A stretch of 64,000 bases of DNA from Vermamoeba vermiformis (Eukaryota). Both the position numbers and the translations under genes were made by a program. Location: assembly GCA_045837725.1 (NCBI GenBank), contig JBEWZL010000266.1:310001-374000 (forward strand), read 5' to 3'. Positions 1 through 11,114 of the stretch are shown piece after piece. Every line of letters starts with the position of its first letter. The first letter of the stretch is position 1. The notes under the pieces were generated by a model. It was not told where the DNA came from, ran no database searches, and was given only the letters and a program-made list of their open reading frames with translations.

Positions 1-30
1 ATATGATACTGATAACAAAATTAACTATAG

Positions 31-176
31 CCGGTGAGCCTTTGACCGCTGACGGTGCAGCACGCAAGCCCAGAGTGAACCGATTGGTCAGCTTGTTCCA
101 ATGGTTGAAGCGCAAGCAAGAAGAGATTATCCCCGTTGAGAGCTTCAGAACTAAGCGCGACACTAAAACTTTCTAA
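31..176 (+). CDS. terminal exon of an unidentified gene starting upstream of the window
   Basis: Acceptor tag at 28-30, then open frame GEPLTADGAARKPRVNRLVSLFQWLKRKQEEIIPVESFRTKRDTKTF-TAA with coding-like codon use. Confidence 0.5.
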
Positions 177-352
177 ATATGATCGTCATATATCATGAGA
201 CTTCATGGCATATTGAATTGCTCGCGGACTTCATGTCACAAAATTTTTGTTAAATAGAATTACAATATTTAATTTCGATTAAAAACAATAACATCATATA
301 TGGCTATTATATTCGTATGAAATATATTTATTATAATACAAGTGACTCGGAT

Positions 353-1283
353 CTATTTTTTGGTCAGCAACTCATCGACGGTTTGTTCCCATTTGCTTAA
401 CATATAATCCCAATATAAGAACTTCTGCGACAATGCAGTGATCTATATAACAATATTAATATGATTATACGAGTAAGTATGAATATAGAATGGTCTTACT
501 GTTTCATCGTAAGCGAAAATTAAATTATTGTAGCGTTCTTCCATTTGATTGGCCATTAATCTCTGATCGATGTGTACACTACTGATAGACTCGACTTTTG
601 CACCCACTTGTTTAATATCTAATAATAAGACAAATTAATATTTTGATCCAAACACAAAAGGAGGCCAAATCCACTACGTAAATTTGTTTTAAATAGATTA
701 TATGCTTACTTTGAATATACTCGGTGTTGATGTATTTTTTCAACTCGTTCAATTTGCTAACTAATTGCGCTGTGTCCTTCAAAGTCGTCTGCATCGCCAC
801 GACAATTTCAGCTTTGACTTCAGCTGGCAATGTAGCCTCGCTATTATCTAATATTGCACTTGCTTGTTGATCTAATTAATAAATCATTACTACTTGCTCG
901 ATAATAATAATTAACTCGGAATTGAACGGATCTGTCGTTTGTTGATTTTGTTAGTAATTATTTTACTTACGTTTATCAAATAAATTCTGTATTTCCTTAT
1001 TTTTTGAAAGCACCGTATTGAATTGTTTATGCAGATCTACCACAGCTGAAGAAATATCTCTGTAAAAATTAAAATAAAAATTAGGAAATTGTCAAAATGC
1101 CAAAACAGCATAGATTATCGAGTAATGACATAAATGGAGTATTTTCAACATTATTATGGCCAAATATAAGCCTTACCCATCGAGTTTGGTTTTGGCATCT
1201 TGAAATGCATTGTTTGCTAACACTCGCTCGAGGGTTGTCAACCGCTCATCTAATAAAGCATAATCTTGATAGAAATTGGTCAT
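353..1283 (-). CDS. DCTN3: dynactin subunit 3 (p22/p24)-like coiled-coil protein, 5 exons
   Basis: Spliced by hand: MTNFYQDYALLDERLTTLERVL...LPAEVKAEIVVAMQTTLKDTAQLVSKLNELKKYIN...YDETITALSQKFLYWDYMLSKWE. The C-terminal SxxFxxWD motif and ~190-aa length match dynactin p22. Confidence 0.75.
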
Positions 1284-2007
1284 TGTTTGACTTGACAACC
1301 GTTGGACTGTCGTGGAACTTGTTAACAAAAAGATCCGAACTCAATTAAATTGATTGTACGCTAGAAACACCACGCAGATATATTCTAGTAATAACAATCC
1401 TAAACGAAGTTCTATAATCAGCGCTGACGCAAGAGGTTCAGTGTTCGAATTATTGGATCCCATCCATGGGATTTTGTTCCTGTACAAAATTCTTTGTTAC
1501 AATCGCTATGATTATTACACTGCCGTATAATATTATTACGCGGCTATAATTGGCTGCAAGTAACAAGGTTTGTTAAAATTAATTATTTTTAATTTTTAAA
1601 TTGAACCTGTCAAATATTGCAATCGTGAGATTAGGCACCACTCGCAGCATTGCTTAAGCGCGAATAATTATGAAATCCTTATGTCGTACCGCCTTCACTT
1701 TCGGACCTTGATCTCCTAGTATTACGGTAAGTTTGAAAGGGAAAAGTAAGATTTGAACACTTTAATAACCCTTCGTATCTTATTAGTGCAATCGAGGTCG
1801 GGAACATCGATGAAACCGCGGGTCTGCAAGTCCCACGGAGCATCAAGCACGTGACAGGTTGACGCAAGATTTCAACTCTCGTAAAATTTTACGGCGGACC
1901 TGTTCCGTTTAACTTTTTGTTCCGGGGCCTCGGGTATTTAAGTCCAACTGACAGGCCAGTTTAAAAATATTTTTAGAACAAGTCACAACGCACCACGAGA
2001 TCTGAAA

Positions 2008-5000
2008 ATGACTAGTGTTGCATCTAGTTTGTTAAAAAGGATTAATCCCTTTGGCAGGTCCAGCAAGGTAAGTGCCTTTAATATAAATACTTCGAAACAT
2101 GATTCTAATTTATTCTAATGGTTTATTCAGCCTACTGAACGCTCTGTGGCAGTTTTCCACGGAGATGAAGGCAGATTGTTTGAAGTGAAGAACGACTTCC
2201 AAGCTTTTATTGATCATGTTGCAGAGCACTTCAAGTTGGGTTCAGTCGTCGTAAGTTTGATTATATTCGAGCTTTGGATAATTATTGAACCAAGGTTTTT
2301 AAACTGATCCCAGTTCACAACGTTTCAATTTACTGAAGATATCTGATTTATTTCGGTATTCTTCTTCTAACGAATTTAAATCATATAGCTCGTCTCTTCG
2401 GACGGTACTCAAGCAATCTCCATCGCTCACTTGCAAAAGCACGAGTTGTTCTTTATCGACGACGGTGCTAATCTGCTTCCAATTCCCGAAGGTCCTCCAC
2501 CATACCCTATCGTTGGAAACTTGCCTCAATTGAAGCCCGAGCTTATCATTAGGTAACTTAGTCCCTTTTGATTGCGCAACGCCATTAAATAAACTTTTTT
2601 TCAGATGCATTGAGCTCTCAAAAGTATACGGCACAGTATGGAAATTTACTTTGCCCGGCGTCACTGCAGTGTTTGTTGGCGAGCCTGACCTCGTTCAAGA
2701 GGTTATTGCTAACCCTGCAAGCTTCCCTAAGGTATACAACTCCGGATTTAGTTTGGTATACTCCACATTTAAACTCTAACGTGTCTAATAATAGAAAGTC
2801 GAAGCTGGTATCTTGCTCGAGCTCAGAGGGTTGGCTGGTGATGGCTTGTTCACTGCCAGTGATTACGAAGAGAATTGGGCCTTGGCGCATCGTATTTTAA
2901 TGCCTGCTTTCTCCGGCAAGGCGATTAAAACCTACATCCCCGCTATTATTCATTGTAAGTCCGATTGCTCGCGTTAAAGCCATTAATTGACCTTCATACT
3001 ACAGCGACCTACAAATGCTTGAAGGCCTGGGACCACTACAAGCCTGATGACGACGTTGATTTTAGCTCTTGGATGACTAAGGTATACAAAAGTATAATCA
3101 ATCACTTTTTTAACTTTACTTAAAAAGAACCTCGTTCATGAATAAAATAATCTCACGCTTTGTTTTTGACAGATGACATTTGACACGATTGGATTGTGTG
3201 GATTTGGCTACGACTTCCAAAGTCTCGAGCACGAGACCGAAGCCAAGTTCATTGGCCAAATGGTCAAAGTGCTCAAAGTCGCTCAAAAGCGCGTGGCCAA
3301 GACTGAACTCGGCAAGTTGTTCCCGTCTGCGGAGGACCGCGACTACTTCGCCACCGTCAAGGACATGCAATCTGTCGTGTCTGAGGTGTTAGAGGCCCGC
3401 AAAAAGATGAGCAAAGAGTAAGAATATCTGAGTCAATTGAATTGAATCACCCAAAGTATACTAACATATCTCCGTGCACAGAGAACGCGAGTCAAAGAAT
3501 GATCTTCTTGGCTTGATGTTGGAAGCTCGAGACCCTCAAACTGGCAAGGGCCTGTCCGTAAGTCATGATTTTTTTTTTCACGCGCCACATCCGCAATTTA
3601 TGACTCCCGCCGGATAGGACCAAAACATTGTATACCAAGTCTTGACTTTCTTAATTGCCGGTCACGAGACTACGAGCAACTTGTTGTCTTGGACCTTCTA
3701 CTTGCTTTCTCAACACCCCAACGTTGAGCTGAAGGCACTCGAAGAAGTTGATCGCATCCTCGATTCAGATCCTAATGTCCCTCCTACCGAGAAACAAATC
3801 CAAAACCTCAAGTACATCCCTATGATCTTGAAGGAAGCCCTCCGCTTGTACCCTCCCGCCCCTGCTTTTGGCAAGAATGTCGAGAAGGATGGCACCAAGT
3901 TGGGCCCTTACCGTGTCGACAAAGGCACCTTGATCCTTAACTGCGTGTTTGCCCTGCACAGACACCCTAAGTACTGGAAGAATCCTGACACTTTTGACCC
4001 CGAGAACTTCGCCCCTGAGAACGTTGTGGGCAGACATCCTTACGCCTACTTGCCGTTCTCAACCGGTCCTCGTGCTTGCATTGGCATGCAATTCGCAGTG
4101 CTCGAAGCTACGGTATGTCAATGCTTGTGACACGTGCCAAATCTAACTTCCGCACTAGATCTTCCTTGCCATGGTCCTCCGTCAAAAGCTCGTGCGCTTG
4201 TCACCCTCTTCTCAACCCAAGTTGAGCGCTGAGACCATCACTCTCAGACCTAAGGGCCTCGTCATGCGCATTCACACTCGCGACCGTTCTACCGTCCACG
4301 CACACGCCGAGCCTGCCCCTTCAGAATCCAAGCCCGTTACCGTCCCTGAAGTCGTTGTCGAGCGAGCTACTGATGCCAAGGCCACTGTCTTGCCCGCTGC
4401 TCTTAAGTCAGACGCTCCAGCCGTGACTATTCTCTTCGGCTCCAACACTGGTACTAGCGAAGAAGCCGCTTATCAATTGGCCAACCTCGCGAAGAAAGAA
4501 GGCTTCAAGACCGCTGCCATTGCTCCTCTTGACAGCTACATTGGCAAACTTGGTCACGGTACGATATAGCTCCTTATTCACGGAACTGTACTAACGACAA
4601 GTAGAGCCCATTCCTCTCTTGCTCATCGTTGCTTCAACCTACAACGGCAATCCTCCTGACAACGCCGTTAAGTTCAGCAAGTGGCTCGACGAAGCTGTTA
4701 CCACCTGCCCGCACATGCTTCGTGGCACCAAGTACGCCGTGTTTGGCATTGGTAACTCGCAATGGCAATCGTACCAAGCCTTCCCCACCAAGATCGACAC
4801 TAAGCTTGCCCAATTGAGTGCCACCAGACTCTTTGCTCGTGGCGCAGGTGACGTCGATAAAGACTACGAGGAAGCGTAAGCACTACTAAATTAGATGTCC
4901 TATTGATTTGATATTAACGTGACGTGCAGATTCATTGACTGGAAGCCTCGTTTGTTCCAAACTCTTCGTTCCCTCTACACTGATGAAAGTGCACCACTCC

Positions 5001-6412
5001 AAGTCGGCGTTGAACACGAGACGCAGTTCAAAGCCAATGTCAAGGTTGAAGAACAACCCGCTGATGCTCCAGAGGGTCCTCACTTTGCCTCTATTGCCGA
5101 AGCTCAGTACTGCGAAGTCCTCGCCTCTCGTGAGCTCCAATCTGCGACTTCAGACAGACACACTCGTCACTTGGAATTCGCTCTTCCTAAGGACGTGACT
5201 TACACCACTGGTGATCACTTGGGTGTTTGCCCTGTGAACAACCAAAAGCTCGTCGATGCTATTGCTGCCCGTCTTGGCACTGACTTGAAAAAGAAGGTCA
5301 AGTTGTCGCTCATTGACAGCTCGTTCGTGTCCAAAAAGTCGACTCTGCCCTTGAATGTCGTCACCACCGTTCAGTAAGTTACAATGACACCGTGCTCTAC
5401 GACGAGACCGACTAACTTACTCTATTCTTTAGGGACATTTTAGCCCGCTTTGTTGACTTGAATGTTGCCCCGAGCAGACAAGCTCTCAGAGTCTTCTCGC
5501 AATTCTGCACTGACAAGGAACAACAAGCAGCGTTGAAATTGTTGGCCAACCCTGAGTCTGAAGGCATTGAGGCCTACAAGAACTACTTCACCAACCAATG
5601 GAAGACCATTGTTGATGTCTTCGCTGACTTCTCTAGCATCAATGTACCTCTCGATGTCTTCCTCGAAGTGTCGCCCAAGTTGCAGCCGAGATTCTACTCG
5701 ATCTCTTCTGCTAACACTACCTTCCCTCACATTGCTCACCTCACTGGTACGTCGCACTATCTCACTGAAGTTAGACAGGAAAACTAACTTTTTCACAGTC
5801 GGTCTTGTCGACGAAGAGACTCCCGCCAAGAAGCACTACCTTGGTGTGTGCTCGTCGTACTTGAACAGCCTCAAGGCCGGCGACAAGGCCTTCGTGTTCG
5901 TTCAAGACACCAAGTCCACGTTCAGAGTGCCGACTGATCCCAACACGACCATGCTCATGGTCTGCGCTGGCACTGGTCTAGCTCCGTTCAGAGGATTCTT
6001 GCAAGAGCGCAAGCAGAGCATGGGAGCGCAAGGCCAAGTCGGCAAAAGCTTCTTGTTCTTTGGCTGCAGACATCCTGACAACGACTACATCTATCAAGAC
6101 GAGTTGGATCGACTCAAATCCGAGGGTGTGTTGACTGACGCTTTTGTTGCTTTCTCGCGCAAAGTTCCGACCAAGAAGGAGTACGTCCAAGACAAGATCT
6201 TGGAACAAAAAGAATTGGTCTGGGACTTGATCAAGGACAGCGACCCCAAGAAGTGCGTCGTCTATGTCTGCGGCAGTGCTCGTGGCATGGCTAAAGATGT
6301 GCGCGATACGTTTGAAAAGATCGCTGAGGAGTACTTGCCTGAAGCACTGGCGCAACGATTTGTCGCTGGTTTGCAAGAGAAGGGTGCGTACTTGGAGGAC
6401 GTTTGGGGTTAA
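2008..6412 (+). CDS. self-sufficient cytochrome P450 / NADPH-P450 reductase fusion (CYP102/CYP505-like) with an extra N-terminal domain; multi-exon
   Basis: P450 motifs GPPPYPIVGNL, FLIAGHETTS, KEALR, FSTGPRACIG; flavodoxin motifs FGSNTGTSE, STYNGNPPDNA, YAVFGIGN; FAD/NADPH motifs RFYSISS, CAGTGLAPFRGF, FFGCR, YVCG; ends YLEDVWG. Confidence 0.95.
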
Positions 6413-6687
6413 ATTGTATCAGTGCTCTTGTACCTTCAGCGTTGGAGCATAAACCATTGTCACATTAATAAATTTATTTAAAAATATACCGAATAACAAC
6501 TTTAGTTCAATAAGTATAAATGTAAATAACGCCTCCATAGTTTGCATTTTTAGGACTAAACTAAGAGAGGTTTGATTAAGTCCTTAGTCATCACTAGCAG
6601 GCATATCAACTGACACGCTCATGTTGGTCGGGTCCGGATCCAGCGAAGCAGCACTAGCACTGCTCTTATTGAGACCGCCGCTCAAGT

Positions 6688-9600
6688 TCAACGGCGCACT
6701 GGTGCCAAAAGCGAGTTGTCCAAACATGAAAGGTTCGACAATGATATCGTGGAGGACGATTTGAGGTCCTGCACTGGCTTTTCAGCGACAATATTGACGA
6801 AAATTTCGAAGAACTTGATGGTGCTGACAATGTCGCGGTGTTGGGCTTGATTCAATTCAATGACCTTTAAGTTCTCAATCTTATTTCGCCAATGGTAGCA
6901 GTATGAGAGCGAGGCATACGGCACTGTTCCATCACCTATAATAACTTCATTAGGGCCAAATTTTGCTACTGAAACGGTACCGGATCTCATCGTGGGGTAG
7001 CCAGTCAACGCTGTTTATAGTCTCCGGTGTCTCATAGCCAACACCCTGTGCATGATATTATAAGCAATTAATAAGATAGAGAAGAATTTTTAACCCGTAC
7101 GTCTTTGATCTTGACACCGATGTCAGACATGACACCGTTGTAATTGGCCAAGTCGTATCTCTTTTTCTTGGAATTATAGACGTAGAAATACATCAATTGA
7201 GTTTCCAAGTCCACACCTAATCATACCACAATTAAATCTTTGCTTTAGATCCAGTTGCACTTACCATAAACGGCCACGAGGTTTTTAACAGGAGGAGGCT
7301 CGAGCATCATATGCTTAATGCCTAGTGTCCTATTCTCGCCAAAAGCCGGGTCATTGATGTACTCAGTAAGCAACTTGGCTTGGTTCTAAGGTGCAAGAAT
7401 TAATACCTGGATCCAACCCAAACAGCCGTGAGGGTTACTCACCACGGCACCAGCCATATTAAGCATTTGCATCTGATCCACGGTGTTATATCCGCCCTTC
7501 TCGGTCATGAAGGCTGCGTTTGGATTTTGAGTGCCTTTGTCTTCACGAAGATAAATGAATTTCTTCGAATCATCGTGGAAGAACAATTGCGAGTCAATCG
7601 GGTACAAGCTCGGACTGCTTCCTATAGAATAATATACCTTATTAACATCTACCTCTAATATCACTATGAACTTTACACACCGAAACTACGACTCAATCTG
7701 ATCGCTTGTCCAATGCTTAAAAACGGATCCATGCCCATCAATTCTCCAGAGATCTAAAAGTATGTTAGACTTGCTATAGTATTAATATTTTTAAGTACTA
7801 ACCGTTCCTCGAAGAATTTTAGGTGCACCGAGCCAAGGAGCCTAAAAAAAGTCCAAATTACTCATTCGTCCCAACTTTTGATAGTCGACAAGACTTACGC
7901 CAACGGCTACAAATGTGTGCACGTGATCGTCTATCCATTTTTGGCCAACAGAATTGCGGATCCAGTTCAAAAAGTAATGCGTGATGCGACAACCCATGGA
8001 GTGGCCAAAGATGACCACTGGCAACCGTTGCTTTGCCACAATTTCTTCAATGCTCTTTCTCAATGTCGTGAAGTAGCCGTCTCTAGCCTCCAAATAAGCG
8101 AATGGTATTCTCCAATCGTACTATATGGTCGAACATGTCAGATCAAGATCCGGTCACGAAATTTCAAAACTTACAGGGAACGCGAACAACGTCTCGTTCT
8201 CTACGTATCCGAATTCTAATAAGTTCTTAACAAGAGGTCCGCACACCTGTAAATGGAATTAACACTGATTTACTCACATTCAAAGTGTCGGACTTACGTA
8301 AGTGTACTTCTTGCCAATCAACGAATCAGCTTCCAAATAAGTAATTCCCGCGGTACCCGATACGTTACGAACTTTGATGCCTGTAAAGCTTAATGTTAGC
8401 TTAAGGGCTATACATGCATCCCTAACAACAATCCTACCTGGTGGATCTGACTTGCAATCGTCAGCCAACGACATGTGCTCGATCCAGTTGTTCTATGATC
8501 GTTTAATTAATTGAATTAAGGCCCAGTACTGATAACTTACCACTTGCGTCTTGTCGACTCCCTCTTCTCTATCTTGTTTCGTGAACACATTCGTAATGGT
8601 ATCGCCAAGGGCTAGCACGAAGATTAGATATTGTAACACCATAAAAAAGTCTTACAATTCATATTGTCGGTGAACTTCTTCCATAGCAAGTTGACACGTG
8701 TCTTGGTCAGTTTGTTGATGGACAGCCAGACGCGACTTCCCACCCAGTCTTTCTTGCCCTCAAGCACTTCCAGCGCCGAACTAGCCAGACCTTATCGTCG
8801 AGTTAGACACCTTATTTAAGATAATCGTATTGATAAGCATACCTGGAATCAACACGATTGGGTACTTCGGGTGATAACCTTGCTCGCGCATCAGTTTCGC
8901 GTATTTGCTTTGATTCAACAAATCCACAACTGGTGCTGCTGGATAGGTCAATGGAAGCCACATGTCCTTTTCAATAGGCGCATTAGGCGATTCGAGTAAT
9001 GGCAAGACGTCTTCGAGAGCAATGTCGGTCATTGCAAGCAAGTATGATTTGCCTTGAATCAACGTTAGACTTGATACAAGAACTATATGCAGTGCTAAGT
9101 ACCGTCAAACAGATTCCACACTGCAAATCGCAGCATTCCAACAGAGTTCAGAATGTCATCTGCCTTCAATGCAAACTGGAAGGTTTGATTGAAGAGCGGA
9201 TTTTGACCAGCATTAACCAGCGTCGACTTTGATTCATTCAACCACGACACAGTGACGCTAATTTTATAGTAGACGCGTTAATACCCTATTCCTCTCTCGG
9301 GTACCAATGTCAACTACTTACTACGGAGCGAAGTTATTTCCTACGAGTTCACGGGCTTCAATAATTCGCACCAAGAAAGGGCTCTCCCAAGAGCCAACAG
9401 GAGGCGTGTAATTCAAGCTAAAGTCCGTTAGTTAGAATAAACGGATGGACGAGCCAGACTTACATGACATGGAGCGAGCCACCAGGGGCATCTTTTCTCT
9501 CCTCCACCAACAGCTCTCGATGTTTTTGCTGCAACAACTTGACCTTCTTGAGTGCTTCGTTGATTTCGATGCCGCTAAGGCCTGATTTGGGCACATTATT

Positions 9601-10720
9601 GTTTTGAACAGTTAATGTCAACTGAACATCTCCTGCAACACTATGTGCGCCAGGAGTAGCAGGAATTAGCGGGAATCTGTGCGTAGTCGGCTGATTGACC
9701 GAAATGGTGCTAATAGGAATTTTGACACTGGCCTGGCAGAACCTTGTTAGCGATATAAATTATTTGCAAGATTTTGACTTACTCGAACGGCATCTGTTTT
9801 TGAGTTATACAAGTTCAATCTGACACCATAAATATCGTTGTCAGAAAGCACCCTAAATAAAATAGCAAGTCAGATCCGAGCTTGGCGATGGTTTTCTTAC
9901 ATCTCGTAGACCTCGTCGGTCCAGACTAACGTAGACTGCTTTTGTGCGTTCAATGAGTCCGTTACGATGGTATGTTGCAAGGGCTTAGTAAACTCTTTGT
10001 CGGTGCAGAGAGCGATCTGCCAAAACGGTTGCAAAACCTCCTCTAAAATGCGATTCAGAATTGACGCATCTTATAATTTTACATTACCTTGAGCGTACTC
10101 TTGAAGATCCCTTCCCTCGGTGACTATGTGCCAATTAGTTTAGGAAACAAATAGAGTTCATGAACAGATCTCTTAATTTTCTCCGTGCTCCGGTGTACGT
10201 ACGAGTAATACGAAGAACTGGCTTAGAATCCGATAATTGCAAAAACTTGAGGAAGAAAGGGCTCTTCAGTATGTCTTTTGTGCTAAGACAGGCTTTCAAA
10301 AATGCATCCAGCGTGTCTCTTCGTTTATTTTGAGATTTCTGTAGAAGTTAGCACTATGCAATTTCTACAAAATTTATGTATTACCTCGTCTCTGCTGACT
10401 CCAAATTTTGATTTTTTAGGAAAGGGAGCGTCGTCAATATTTTTGTAAGTTTTGCTCAACTTTGCCGCAGTTAGTTTTTAAGCCATGATACTGACGAATA
10501 TTACCTCATTCTTCAAGTCTTCAAATTCTTTGAATCGGCGATTAATAAAGAACGCATTTGATGGGTCGTCAGTTTTTTGAACTCGGATTTTAAAAACCTA
10601 AAAATCCAAAATTAATTCTTAACTATTCCAACCGCTGAATCATTATAACTCTACCGTATAAGGCCCATCTACCTTGCAATTGATAGCCTTAACGACCGAC
10701 ACATCCGATATGGATTGCAT
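6688..10720 (-). CDS. PX + two C2-like domains + LCAT/PDAT-family acyltransferase/phospholipase; multi-exon; C-terminus may extend to 6584
   Basis: N-terminal PX (VFKIRV...INRRFKEFEDLKNELSK...PFPKKS...RRDTLDAFLK); C2-like segments (LRITLTEGRDL; VRIIEAREL...NPLFNQTFQF); YPIVLIPG, lipase elbow GHSMG, GDGTVP and the catalytic His region AQHRDIV. Confidence 0.85.
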
Positions 10721-11114
10721 TTTAGTGCTACTTCGGTAGTCCTAGAGGTTGTTAAGATCGAAATAGAGATTATGTATGACAGGAAGCTACTTCTGATCAA
10801 TACCTGATCGGTGGTTAAACTGGGTAGGCCAAAAACGGAAAAGGTTCATTTCTAATTTTGAGTTTTGCGGTTTCACAAATCTCGCATCGAGATATACCTG
10901 GTATATATATAGCAACACTATGGAAAGTCATTGCTATCAACCATCTTAGTAGATTGATGAGAGTAAGGGGTTGAACCTAAATTGATCCGTCAAGCAATAG
11001 TTAAAACGGTGCTAAAGATCCAACTTACGTGAGGACTTTATTGTGAGTTATCCTTTTGTGAACGAGTTCTTTCGTATTATTTACATTATGAACAAATGAG
11101 TATTGAGTAGGGAT

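Noticed and set aside
3116..6376. Several antisense and alternate-frame ORFs over the P450-reductase
   Set aside because: They overlap well-supported exons and have no independent features.
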